Below are positions 19,790 to 28,899 of a stretch of 53,725 nt of DNA, piece by piece. The stretch lies in the NCBI GenBank assembly GCA_013151495.1, contig JAADIE010000097.1, forward strand, positions 1-53,725. Reading direction: 5' to 3'. The DNA is from Nitrospirota bacterium (GTDB lineage: Bacteria > Nitrospirota > Thermodesulfovibrionia > Thermodesulfovibrionales > JdFR-85). Within the stretch, counting starts at the first letter, position 1, and the number at the start of each line of letters is the position of its first letter. Both the position numbers and the translations under genes were made by a program. The notes under the pieces are model-generated. The model had not been told where the DNA came from. It was given only the letters and a program-made list of their open reading frames with translations, and made no database searches.

Positions 19790-21291
19790 TACTGAAATGT
19801 CCTTTTAAGACGGTGTTTTATTGCCTGTCTTACCGTATTGCGATCATCAAAGGGAATCCTCTTTCCGTTTATCTCCTGGTAGTCCTCATGTCCTTTGCCT
19901 GCAACCACTAAAATGTCTCCTGGATTACAGAACTCTACCGCCCTGAATATGGCCTCTCTTCTATCAAGTACTACTGTGTAGTTGTCACTCCTGATGCCCT
20001 TAACAATATCCTCTACGATCAGCTGGGGCTTTTCTGTTCTTGGATTGTCGCTGGTTATGAAGACATAATCTGAAAGCCCTGACGCAATCTCACCCATAAG
20101 GGGTCTTTTACCCCTGTCTCTGTCGCCACCACAACCAAAAAGGGTGATAAGCCTTTTACCCCCCAATCCTCTAAGGGTCTCAAGAAGCTTTTCCAGGGCA
20201 TCAGGTGTATGGGCATAATCAACCACCACAGTATAAGGCTGTCCCTCATTTATTATCTCCATCCTGCCCTCTGCAGGATTTAGACTTTCACAAAGAGCCA
20301 GTATATCCTTCAGGTCAAAACCAAGGGCAATCATACTACCTATTGCAGCAAGCATATTGTAGATATTCACAATCCCGAGCAACCTGCTTTTTACCCTGCT
20401 GTAAAAATGGCCCTGATAGTAGAGGCCGAACTCGGTCCCCCATGTGCCTGTACTGATGTCCACGGCGTAGAGGTCTGCTGATAAACTCAGCCCATATCCA
20501 ATGATGTCTGTTTCCTTTTCCTTTAGCGAATCAAGCAGTCTGTTTCCGTAGCTGTCATCCATGTTAATCACAGCCCTCAAGGGATTTAATTCAAGAAACA
20601 ACCTCTCCTTTGCCCTGAAATAAGAATCCATGTCGCCATGATAATCCAGATGATCCCTGCTTAGATTTGTAAAAACAGCCACATCAAAGTCCGAATACTC
20701 CACCCTCCGCTGATCAAGTGCATGAGAGGAAACCTCTGTAACCACATACTCCATGGAGGCCTCCCTCATCCTGTCAAGGAGGCGCTGAAACTGTATGGCA
20801 GTTGGTGTGGTAAGAGTAGCCTTCATCACGGTATCACCAATAATGTAGTTGATAGTGCCAATAAGACCCGTTTTTTTACCTAACAGCCTTAGCATCTGAT
20901 ATATAAGATAAGCAGTGGTGGTTTTACCATTTGTGCCGGTTATACCTACAAGTCCGAAACTACCTGAGGGATGACCATAAAAACGATCAGCCAGAAAGGC
21001 CATGGCATCATGTATGTCCTGTACCTTCACAAAGGTATAATCCCCTGAAGGTTTATGATTCTGCTCAGACACCACCACCCTGGCACCTCTTTTTATTGCA
21101 TCGGGTATGTATCTATTGCCATCGGTTCTTGCTCCCTTAACAGCGAAAAACAGGCTATCAGGAACCACCTTCCTTGAGTCATCACATAGAGCACTTACAG
21201 GTCGATCCCTATCACCTGTTAAGGTTTCTACTCTGTAACCATCTAATAAATCACTCAGTATCATCAAGTCACCCTTTACCTTACTGGACAT
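19789..21291 (-). CDS. murE: UDP-N-acetylmuramoyl-L-alanyl-D-glutamate--2,6-diaminopimelate ligase
   Basis: [14 protein letters not shown]-loop and a DNPR motif (ITSDNPRTE) typical of meso-DAP-adding MurE. The start could instead be the internal ATG at 21264. Confidence 0.92.
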   Translation of the reverse strand: MSSKVKGDLMILSDLLDGYRVETLTGDRDRPVSALCDDSRKVVPDSLFFAVKGARTDGNRYIPDAIKRGARVVVSEQNHKPSGDYTFVKVQDIHDAMAFLADRFYGHPSGSFGLVGITGTNGKTTTAYLIYQMLRLLGKKTGLIGTINYIIGDTVMKATLTTPTAIQFQRLLDRMREASMEYVVTEVSSHALDQRRVEYSDFDVAVFTNLSRDHLDYHGDMDSYFRAKERLFLELNPLRAVINMDDSYGNRLLDSLKEKETDIIGYGLSLSADLYAVDISTGTWGTEFGLYYQGHFYSRVKSRLLGIVNIYNMLAAIGSMIALGFDLKDILALCESLNPAEGRMEIINEGQPYTVVVDYAHTPDALEKLLETLRGLGGKRLITLFGCGGDRDRGKRPLMGEIASGLSDYVFITSDNPRTEKPQLIVEDIVKGIRSDNYTVVLDRREAIFRAVEFCNPGDILVVAGKGHEDYQEINGKRIPFDDRNTVRQAIKHRLKRTFQ

Positions 21292-23026
21292 AACCTACAG
21301 GTGTTATATCTTCATCAAGGTTATATACAAGAATATGCTCTTTAAGATTGTCCTCCCTTGGTACCGATAGATAGGCAAGGGCCTTTTCGGCAATTTCCCT
21401 GAACACGGGTGCTGCCACATCTCCACCATAATAGGCATTCTTTGGATCCCATACCACCACAATAGCCACAAAGACAGGTCTTTCCACCGGTACCATACCA
21501 ACAAAGGAGCTCACAAAATGACGATTTGTATATCTACCGGTTTTTGGATCAATCAGTTTTGTGGTGCCTGTTTTACCGGCCACTGTATTTCCATCAATGG
21601 CAGCCTTTGGTGCTGTGCCATCCCTGGATACCACTGCCTTGAATGCCTCTTTAAGCTGTATTGCCGTCTTTTCCGAAATCACCCTTTCACCCATGGTAGA
21701 GTTTATTACCCTTATGAGCTGTCCATCCTTGCTAAGTACTGCCTTCAGCACATGGGGCCTTACCCGATAACCACCATTGGCAACCACTGCATAGGCATTT
21801 AGCACCTGAATAGGGGTTACCATAACCTCATAACCAATGGCCATAGCAGCCAGTGTAGTGCCAGACCATCGGGATGGTGGTTTTACAATCCCTGGTGACT
21901 CACCCGTAAGATCAATTCCTGTTTTCTGACCAAAACCATACTTCTGGACATACCTAAAAAACCTATCAGGGCCAAGCTCGAGTGCAACCTTAACAGCCCC
22001 TACATTCGATGACTTCTGTATAATCTCTTTAAGGGTTAGTTTTCCATGCTTATGAGTATCCCGTATCTTCTTTCCAGCTACCTCAATTACACCACCAGAA
22101 CAGTCCACCTTTGTTTTCAAAGTGGCTATACCTTCTTCCAGGGCTGCCGAGGCCATCACGATCTTGAAGGTAGAGCCTGGCTCATAAAGATCTGTTACTG
22201 CCCTGTTACGCCTGAAAGATGCTCTGTATGAACCTGGCTCGTTAGGGTCAAAGGTTGGTCTGTTGGCAAGCGCAAGTATCTCACCAGTGTAGGGATCCAT
22301 CAGTATAACAGAGGCTGCCTCAGGAGAATGTTTCTTTACTACATCGTCAAGGGCCGATTCTACTATGGCCTGAAGCCCCTGATCTATGGTAAGAACTATG
22401 CTGTTACCTGTACTTTCAAGCTCACCACCTGTATATAAAAGATTACCCCTGGCATCCCTTTTAAGGTAGATCCTCTTGTTCAAACTGTTTTTCAAATCAC
22501 CTATCAGTTCTTTATTATACACTCTTTCAACGCCTTCTTTCCCTCTGTTATCAAGGTCAACAAAGCCCAGCACATGAGCACCAACAAATCCCATTGGATA
22601 AAACCTCTTTGTGTCGGGAAGGATCCCTATTCCACCAAATCCAAAACGTTCGATCTTTTCGGCCACCCTGGGAGGAACCTTTCTTGCCAGCCAGACAAAT
22701 CGTCTGTTCTGACGGATACTTCTTAGTATCTCTGCCTTGGGCCTTCCGATAAGGTCGGTCAGAGTTACAGCAACCTTTTCAGGCTTCTTTATTAACTTCG
22801 GATCACAATAAAGTGATGGCCTTTCCAGATTTATTGCAAGCTCCTTACCATTTCGGTCGTATATAACACCTCGACGAAATAAAACCCTTTTCCCTATGGT
22901 CCGCTGCAGCTTTGCAATACCTTTGTACCGATCGTGGTCTATAAGCATAATATCCACAAGTCTGAAAAGAATGATCAAAAAGGCTGCAAGGACCAGGGCC
23001 TTTACAAAGACCGTCCTACGTGTCAT
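21281..23026 (-). CDS. ftsI: penicillin-binding protein 3-type peptidoglycan D,D-transpeptidase FtsI
   Basis: N-terminal TM, PBP dimerisation domain, and transpeptidase motifs STFK (GSTFKIV), SSN and KTGT (AGKTGTT). Confidence 0.9.
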   Translation of the reverse strand: MTRRTVFVKALVLAAFLIILFRLVDIMLIDHDRYKGIAKLQRTIGKRVLFRRGVIYDRNGKELAINLERPSLYCDPKLIKKPEKVAVTLTDLIGRPKAEILRSIRQNRRFVWLARKVPPRVAEKIERFGFGGIGILPDTKRFYPMGFVGAHVLGFVDLDNRGKEGVERVYNKELIGDLKNSLNKRIYLKRDARGNLLYTGGELESTGNSIVLTIDQGLQAIVESALDDVVKKHSPEAASVILMDPYTGEILALANRPTFDPNEPGSYRASFRRNRAVTDLYEPGSTFKIVMASAALEEGIATLKTKVDCSGGVIEVAGKKIRDTHKHGKLTLKEIIQKSSNVGAVKVALELGPDRFFRYVQKYGFGQKTGIDLTGESPGIVKPPSRWSGTTLAAMAIGYEVMVTPIQVLNAYAVVANGGYRVRPHVLKAVLSKDGQLIRVINSTMGERVISEKTAIQLKEAFKAVVSRDGTAPKAAIDGNTVAGKTGTTKLIDPKTGRYTNRHFVSSFVGMVPVERPVFVAIVVVWDPKNAYYGGDVAAPVFREIAEKALAYLSVPREDNLKEHILVYNLDEDITPVGYVQ

Positions 23027-23051
23027 TAATTAACGCCTCTTCAGAAGTCGA

Positions 23052-23390
23052 TTATTCTCTGGACTTAAGTCCAGTCCTATAGGGTGTTACGCCAGCAGAT
23101 GGTCTGACATAAAAGACCTTCTGCCTGCTCGGATAAGTAAGGCCCAGATCGTTCTGTGCAACATACTTAACACGCATGGCAGATGTAATCTGAGCCTTCT
23201 TGGCAAGCAACTCCTGCTTGTCCTGGATGAGCTGGATCTTACGGTTTTGCAGCTTTCCAAGCTCATATTCCATGGCAACCACATTAGATCTGAGCCATAT
23301 TATGAAAAAGATAAAAAGGGGAGGAAGGCATATAAGAATGAATTTAATGATAGCACCCAGAAAACCATTGCCTCCTCGCGAATGCCTCAA
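23052..23390 (-). CDS. ftsL: cell division protein FtsL-like
   Basis: 112 aa with a single TM (FILICLPPLFIFFIIWL) and a coiled-coil (LGKLQNRKIQLIQDKQELLAKK). It occupies the canonical slot between rsmH and ftsI, with a 4-nt overlap with rsmH. Confidence 0.6.
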   Translation of the reverse strand: MRHSRGGNGFLGAIIKFILICLPPLFIFFIIWLRSNVVAMEYELGKLQNRKIQLIQDKQELLAKKAQITSAMRVKYVAQNDLGLTYPSRQKVFYVRPSAGVTPYRTGLKSRE

Positions 23391-24256
23391 ATCCTTTCAC
23401 CTCCCCTTAGTTTTGCACTTCTTGCAGATGGATTATCTCTGATCTCCTCTTTAGTGGGTAAAAGGGGCTTTTTTGTTAACCTCTTTATCAATCCTTTTTT
23501 TTCTGTATCAACAAAAAATCTTTTTACTATCCTGTCTTCAAGGGAGTGATAGGAGATGACACAGAGCCTGCCCCCTTTTTTCAGCATCTCCAGTGAATTC
23601 TCAAGCCCTTTCTGCAACTCCTCAAGCTCATTGTTTACAGCAATACGAAGGGCCTGGAAGGTCTTGGTTGCAGGATGTATCCTTGTCCTTTTTCTTTTTA
23701 TCCTTTGAACAACCTCTGCAAGCTGCCTGCATGAATAGATAGGCCCTTTCTTTCTTTCATCGATAATTGCCTTTGCTATAGGTCTTGCATACCGCTCTTC
23801 ACCATACTCTCTGATAATCCTCTCGATCTTTTGTTGACTCCATCGGTTTACAATCTCCTCTGCTGTAAGCCTTTGTGTTTTATCCATCCTCATATCCAGC
23901 CGGGCATCAGAGTGAAAGCTGAATCCCCTTTCGGGGTCCTTTAATTGCTCCATTGATACACCAAGGTCCATAATTACTCCATCCACCTCCTGGATTCCTT
24001 TTTCCCTCAGGGCTCTTGCCATGCGGGAAAAGGATGTATGTAGTGTTAACAATCTGGGGTCTCTGAGGTCTCTCTCAACCCTCTCAAGCGCCTCCTGGTC
24101 TCGATCAATCCCGACAACCCGTCCCTCTGGCCCTAACCTGTTTAATATCTCACGTGTGTGCCCCCCGCTACCAAGGGTGGCATCCACATATACTCCATGG
24201 GGTTGCACATTGAGCAACTGGATCGTCTCAGCAAGCAATACTGGTTTATGCAACAT
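23387..24256 (-). CDS. rsmH: 16S rRNA (cytosine1402-N4)-methyltransferase
   Basis: HKPVLL...DATLGSGGH SAM-binding N-terminus. It abuts the mraZ stop with no spacer. Confidence 0.93.
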   Translation of the reverse strand: MLHKPVLLAETIQLLNVQPHGVYVDATLGSGGHTREILNRLGPEGRVVGIDRDQEALERVERDLRDPRLLTLHTSFSRMARALREKGIQEVDGVIMDLGVSMEQLKDPERGFSFHSDARLDMRMDKTQRLTAEEIVNRWSQQKIERIIREYGEERYARPIAKAIIDERKKGPIYSCRQLAEVVQRIKRKRTRIHPATKTFQALRIAVNNELEELQKGLENSLEMLKKGGRLCVISYHSLEDRIVKRFFVDTEKKGLIKRLTKKPLLPTKEEIRDNPSARSAKLRGGERI

Positions 24257-24709
24257 CTACAGACCCAGTGATGCCAGCTCTGCCTCATAGGCCTCTCTAT
24301 CAATATTTGAGATATCAACTGCCTTATCCCATTCATTCTTGTTCCAGAGCTCTATCTTGTCTATCTGCCCTACAACCACCACTTCACCTTCGATCTTTGC
24401 ATCCTCCCTTAATGAAGAAGGGATAAGAAGCCTGCCCTGTTTATCAAGCTCACATTCCTGGGCAGATGCTATTACCCTTCGCATTAATAGCCTTACTGAC
24501 TTGTGGTGTTGTGGCAGAGATCTGACCTTTTCCTCAAATCTCTGCCACTCTTCTATGGGGTAAAGGAGGAGGCACTTGTCAAACATTGCATTGGCTATAT
24601 AAAGCTTATTACCATAGTTGCTTTGAAGGATGGCTCTGAAGGGTGCCGGGATCATTACCCTCCCTTTTGAATCTACTGAGTAGTAATATTTGCCAGAAAA
24701 ACCCGGCAT
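24257..24709 (-). CDS. mraZ: transcriptional regulator MraZ
   Basis: Two SpoVT/AbrB-like repeats with VDSKGRVMIP and LDKQGRLLIP. The track ORF starts at GTG 24721. I prefer ATG 24709 (MPGFSGKYYY...), which is preceded by GGGAGGAGGA. Confidence 0.92.
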   Translation of the reverse strand: MPGFSGKYYYSVDSKGRVMIPAPFRAILQSNYGNKLYIANAMFDKCLLLYPIEEWQRFEEKVRSLPQHHKSVRLLMRRVIASAQECELDKQGRLLIPSSLREDAKIEGEVVVVGQIDKIELWNKNEWDKAVDISNIDREAYEAELASLGL

Positions 24710-24713
24710 TCCT

Positions 24714-24743
24714 CCTCCCACATCTTACCACTAATTACCACTA
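24714..24743 (-). promoter_or_regulatory. candidate MraZ operator: three direct 10-bp repeats with a GTGG core (TAGTGGTAAT TAGTGGTAAG ATGTGGGAGG)
   Basis: Read on the minus strand. GTGG cores sit at 24741..24738, 24731..24728 and 24721..24718, an exact 10-bp phasing. The repeats lie immediately downstream of the putative -10 and run into the mraZ RBS. Confidence 0.45.
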
Positions 24744-24772
24744 ATGATAATAAAAAATGCCCCCTCTGTCAA
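24744..24772 (-). promoter_or_regulatory. sigma70-like promoter of the dcw cluster (-35 TTGACA 24772..24767, 17-nt spacer, -10 TATCAT 24749..24744)
   Basis: Read directly on the minus strand in the 175-nt gap upstream of mraZ. An AT-rich tract (TTTTTAAAAAATTTT) lies just upstream, like an UP element. Confidence 0.45.
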
Positions 24773-24896
24773 GGAAAATTTTTTTAAAAATCAATAACAT
24801 CAATATATTGTGTATATTATTAAATAAAACTCAATATGTTGAGGTGCAAGGAAATCCCAAATGGTGGGAAAAAATTGCTGTTATGTCAGAAGTGGG

Positions 24897-25721
24897 TTAC
24901 TGCCTGGTGGTAAATGGATGCTCCAGTGTACTTATAAGATCTGTATGAATTGGGATCAGATATAACTCATTCCTGAGTCTATAGTCTTTAAAATCCTTAA
25001 ATAGTGCTGAAGCCCCTGAATTATATGGATAGATCTCCAAAGTACCGGTTAGTCTTCGTCCCTTTAGCCTGCCAAAAAAGACACCATCGAAACCATCGCC
25101 CTCTACCCTCAGGTCTTTTATAACTATACCCTCCCGGTCTATCCTGAAGCTACCCTTTATTGAGTAAACCCTGCTTGTAGGAAACCTTCCATTGTTTATA
25201 TTAAGGTCCTTCATGCCAAGACCGGTTATCTCAACCAGCCCTACTCCTTTTATATCTCCCTCTGGTCTTTCAAGCCACAACCTCAACCTTGCAAAGCCCC
25301 TTTGAACCGCCCTGAACCTGGTACTAACTGGAATATCCGATATTTCAATTGGGTCTGTCTCTGCGTATATCCTGATCTCCTCAGGTGAAAAGGAGATAGC
25401 TGTCCTTAGATTTCCCCTGCCTACCGATGCACGGGCTGATAAATTAAAGGGCATCCTGATGAAACCGTAGGGATTTACTGAGCTTTCAAGATTTATAATT
25501 CGTAAAAGATCCTTTTGCTTATAATCAACCTCTAAATCATTGATTGAGACCCTGTAGGGGAACCCTCTTTTTATCTCACCAACTCTGATCTCAAGCGGTT
25601 GTAGTCTATCCCGTAAAGTGATGCCAAGCTTTTCATTAATCCACTTAGTGGGAATCAGGTGAAAGGCGATTAAAGGTGAAAGGAAAATAAATAACAAAAC
25701 ACCTATAACAAGACCCCTCAT
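24897..25721 (-). CDS. hypothetical N-terminally anchored, beta-rich envelope protein
   Basis: 274-aa ORF with a hydrophobic N-terminus (GLVIGVLLFIFLSPLIAF). I recognise no catalytic motif. It starts 5 nt after the upstream EndoQ-like gene ends. Confidence 0.5.
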   Translation of the reverse strand: MRGLVIGVLLFIFLSPLIAFHLIPTKWINEKLGITLRDRLQPLEIRVGEIKRGFPYRVSINDLEVDYKQKDLLRIINLESSVNPYGFIRMPFNLSARASVGRGNLRTAISFSPEEIRIYAETDPIEISDIPVSTRFRAVQRGFARLRLWLERPEGDIKGVGLVEITGLGMKDLNINNGRFPTSRVYSIKGSFRIDREGIVIKDLRVEGDGFDGVFFGRLKGRRLTGTLEIYPYNSGASALFKDFKDYRLRNELYLIPIHTDLISTLEHPFTTRQ

Positions 25722-25726
25722 GGTCC

Positions 25727-27013
25727 CTAAAAAAGGGCTATCTGCCCTTTAAGCTCCACCCTTTCGGGCTCTTCAAAGATCCGTATCTTTCCATACTCTC
25801 CATCGTATCCTGGTCTGATCTGGACCCTGCCCTGACGCATCCGGTTTATTCCCTCGGCAATCGTTTCACCAGCTACTGTCTTTATATCCTCAATGGGTGC
25901 CTCAATAAGTATGTAAAACTCTGGTCCCAGTTCCGATACCATCTTCATATACATACCCTGGGTCTTTTTGGAAGATGGCCCAACAGCAAGGGCCTCTGCA
26001 ATTACCTCCTGAAGGGGAATAAGGGATATGTAGGGTTTGGCCCCATTGTGGCTTTCGCCATAGGCCCGGTCCGACAATTCATATACCCTGTGAGCCACCC
26101 CAATGGTGAGCTTTTTACCACAAACAGGGCACCGCCCACCATGCGCTGCCGTCTCCTCAGGCGACAGACAGACATTACAATTTCGGTGTCCATCATAATG
26201 ATACTTGCCCTCTTCCGGGAAAAACTCGATAGTACCCTCAAAGCCCTCACCGGTCCGTATTGCTTTGTAAAGGCCATCATAACTCAAGGGGGCACTAATA
26301 AGATTTGCCTCTCTGCCTATCTTTACAGGTGAATGGGCATCGGAGTTTGAAACCAGCAGTACATTATCCAGTGACGAAAGCATCCAGTTCATGGGTGGAT
26401 CTGAACTAAGGCCAGTCTCTATCGCGTAAATATGCTCGGTCAGCTCCTCAAAGCATTCCTGGAGGCTGTCGAAACCGGAGACAGCCCCAAAGACCGAGAA
26501 ATGTGGCGTCCAGGCATGAGCCGGAATAATCAATGCCCTATCTGTAACATCCAGTGAAAGAGCAACAAGGGCCTTTGCATCCATACCAAGTATAGGACGA
26601 CCATCAGAGGTGATGTTACCGATCTGGGCAAGCCTTGAATTAAAGACAGCCACATCTTCCAGTGTTGGCATCAGTATTACGATATGAATCTTCCTGGTCT
26701 TGCCCCCCTTACTGTAAATACAGCTTATCTCACAGGAGGGTACAAAATATACATCACTATCACAGGTCTCAGGCAGGATATCTGCCTTTTCAACAGGTCT
26801 GTATAGACCATTTTCAGCTATCTCCAGTGACTGCCTGAGCTCGCTAAACCATTCGGGATGGGTAAAATCCCCTGTGCCCATAAGCCTTATGCCCTTCAGA
26901 CAGGCCCAGTAGGCTATTGTCTGAATGTTCATCTGCTGGCTGGTTGCCCTGGAGTATCTGGAATGGATATGCAGGTCTGCTATGTAGGTGTTACTTATGT
27001 CAATCGGTTGCAT
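25727..27013 (-). CDS. endonuclease Q family protein (PHP-domain, zinc-finger DNA repair endonuclease)
   Basis: ADLHIHSRYSRATS, MGTGDFTHPEW, PAHAWTPHFSVFG, SNSDAHSP, GKYHYDGHRNC...CPVCGKKLTIGV and PGYDGEYGKIRIF are collinear with the archaeal/Bacillus EndoQ pattern as I remember it. Confidence 0.8.
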   Translation of the reverse strand: MQPIDISNTYIADLHIHSRYSRATSQQMNIQTIAYWACLKGIRLMGTGDFTHPEWFSELRQSLEIAENGLYRPVEKADILPETCDSDVYFVPSCEISCIYSKGGKTRKIHIVILMPTLEDVAVFNSRLAQIGNITSDGRPILGMDAKALVALSLDVTDRALIIPAHAWTPHFSVFGAVSGFDSLQECFEELTEHIYAIETGLSSDPPMNWMLSSLDNVLLVSNSDAHSPVKIGREANLISAPLSYDGLYKAIRTGEGFEGTIEFFPEEGKYHYDGHRNCNVCLSPEETAAHGGRCPVCGKKLTIGVAHRVYELSDRAYGESHNGAKPYISLIPLQEVIAEALAVGPSSKKTQGMYMKMVSELGPEFYILIEAPIEDIKTVAGETIAEGINRMRQGRVQIRPGYDGEYGKIRIFEEPERVELKGQIALF

Positions 27014-27043
27014 CTGTTTTCTCCTTTTTAAAAAATAACTCCT

Positions 27044-27745
27044 TCATTTTAGCATATACCTTTTTATAAATTTCAGGGCTGCTCTGATCTCCTCCTTTAG
27101 ACTGCTGATATCATTTGATCTGACCCGATAATTAAGATAAAATGTCCCCCTTTCAGGAACCACGGCAATATGGCATAAGGCAGGGCCAAAGAGCCTCTGC
27201 AAATTGCTGCTAAACAGTTTATAAAGCCTACCCTGCTCTTTACTGAACAAGAGCCAGACCGTTTCGTCCCTGTACTCTATACTTTTTTTATCCAGACTGT
27301 TAATCCTTTCTCTGTCCGGGATAAATCTCTTTATTTCCCTGCCCCGTATCAGATGAATCTCCTCATCAATTGGCCCTTCCAGAAAAAACAGTATCTCCAG
27401 TCTATCATAGGCCCCACGGATAAAGGCTACAGGAAGATAAAGAAGGCTCTGTCTGGGTACAACCGTAAGGCTTGCAACCACATCCCTGAATCCCTTTATC
27501 CTGTAGCTTGCCCTGAAACCCACTGTGCCACCAAGCCAGGTATACTGTTTATCAATAGGGTGGAGGGCATCTTCCAGCAAAGAGGCTACCGATCTGATTA
27601 TCTTTAGATTCCTCCTGCCACCCCAGTAAAAGGAAATGACCAGTATCAGGGAAAACAGTACTAAAGCGCCAAAGACCACCCCGCTACTCAGTGAACCTGA
27701 CTGCACTAACTCCATGGTATGTAAGAAACCTCCTTGAAAGCTCAT
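27044..27745 (-). CDS. hypothetical single-pass membrane protein
   Basis: 233-aa ORF with a TM (GVVFGALVLFSLILVISFYW) and then a ~190-aa soluble domain with no motif I recognise. An alternative start at ATG 27715 has AAGGAGG 13 nt upstream. The ORF overlaps the 3' end of the DUF59 gene. Confidence 0.5.
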   Translation of the reverse strand: MSFQGGFLHTMELVQSGSLSSGVVFGALVLFSLILVISFYWGGRRNLKIIRSVASLLEDALHPIDKQYTWLGGTVGFRASYRIKGFRDVVASLTVVPRQSLLYLPVAFIRGAYDRLEILFFLEGPIDEEIHLIRGREIKRFIPDRERINSLDKKSIEYRDETVWLLFSKEQGRLYKLFSSNLQRLFGPALCHIAVVPERGTFYLNYRVRSNDISSLKEEIRAALKFIKRYMLK

Positions 27746-27962
27746 CGGTTATGCTCTTTTGAATCAACCAGGCCACAGGTACACATCCGGCACAGCCTGG
27801 AAGCCTTCTCTTAAAGTCTATGCCAACCACCAGTGTCTGGCTTTCCTGGACATAGTCAACAGATTTCACAATACCGAGCTCAAATACACTAAGGCCAGTT
27901 TCCGGGTCTTTAACCTCTTTCAGGATCCTGATTATCTCATCCCTTTCTGGCAGGTCATGCAT
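27684..27962 (-). CDS. DUF59 / MIP18-SufT-like metal-sulfur cluster assembly factor family protein
   Basis: 92 aa. ILKEVKDPETGLSVFELGIVKSV is the characteristic DUF59 N-terminal motif, and a CAGC cysteine pair follows. Confidence 0.7.
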   Translation of the reverse strand: MHDLPERDEIIRILKEVKDPETGLSVFELGIVKSVDYVQESQTLVVGIDFKRRLPGCAGCVPVAWLIQKSITDELSRRFLTYHGVSAVRFTE

Positions 27963-27970
27963 TGTTAGTC

Positions 27971-28897
27971 CTATAGTATCGATTCGATAAACACAGATGC
28001 AATCTCTGATGTCTTCTCCCTTGGCGTAGGATGGTCTTCAAAAAAGGGCACCTCATATGTCTTTACTCCCTGAGCAGCATCAATAAGCCTCTGCATAAGT
28101 TCATCAGATACCCCTCCAAGCCCTGTCTTATTAAATACAATCAGGTCTATATCTATTGAAAGGGCCTTTAAATCGGTTATTATCATGATGCCCTCTTTCA
28201 CCGAAAGCTCATCATGATTAAGTACAAGCACCCTGCGAGTAATCTCCCTGTCGGTGAACAAATCATATATTCTTCTGGAAAGCAACTCCTCCTCTGAAAG
28301 CTCTCTTAGCACAGGGTCGTCGTTAGCCTCAGTGGCCACCCCCTGAGGTATCGCCTCATCACCCTTTATGTTTACGATCTCCTGTCTCCTTTTCAGTATC
28401 TTCAGTCTTAACTCTTTAAGTTTTTCTATCCACCTCAGAGTTGTTGGTGCTAAAGAAGCAATCCTCAGGGTAAGCCCTGTAGGAGGCGTATCCACCACAA
28501 TGTAATCAACCCTCTGTTTCCAGTTCTGCACTATTGTATCAAGGGCCCTCAAAACAGCATACTCTTCAAGCCCTGGTGAGTGTTTCAGCACATCAAACAT
28601 ATCCTCAAGGTTAATAATCTTCAGGTATTTGTAAGACTGTTTCATACTTTCGGTGGTATCCTTTAAAAACTCTTTCAGGTATTCGGTAGTATCTATCTCG
28701 TGTACCACAAGGTTGTCGGTTATCGCCATCTCTGAGCTCATTTGATTAAGCCCGAAGAAATCAAATATGTTATGGGCCGGATCAAGAGAGGCAAGATATA
28801 CCTGGTTACCCTTTTTGGCCAGTTCATTGGCAAGACTTGCTGAAAGGGTTGTCTTGCCAACACCACCTTTGCCAAGAAACAGTATAAGTCTCTTCAC
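27971..28897 (-). CDS. ArsA/GET3-family P-loop ATPase (cysteine-free)
   Basis: GKGGVGKTT deviant Walker A, SLDPAHN, and DTPPTGLTLRI (ArsA DTAPTGHT-like). The 308-aa translation contains no Cys residue. Confidence 0.8.
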   Translation of the reverse strand: MKRLILFLGKGGVGKTTLSASLANELAKKGNQVYLASLDPAHNIFDFFGLNQMSSEMAITDNLVVHEIDTTEYLKEFLKDTTESMKQSYKYLKIINLEDMFDVLKHSPGLEEYAVLRALDTIVQNWKQRVDYIVVDTPPTGLTLRIASLAPTTLRWIEKLKELRLKILKRRQEIVNIKGDEAIPQGVATEANDDPVLRELSEEELLSRRIYDLFTDREITRRVLVLNHDELSVKEGIMIITDLKALSIDIDLIVFNKTGLGGVSDELMQRLIDAAQGVKTYEVPFFEDHPTPREKTSEIASVFIESIL

Positions 28898-28899
28898 CT

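Noticed and set aside
24856-24868. Small hairpin CCCA-aatgg-TGGG between the 274-aa ORF and the mraZ promoter, considered as a terminator or an inverted MraZ box.
   Set aside because: The stem is only 4 bp. On the transcribed (minus) strand the T-run precedes rather than follows the stem, and the GTGG core is in the wrong orientation relative to the three phased repeats.
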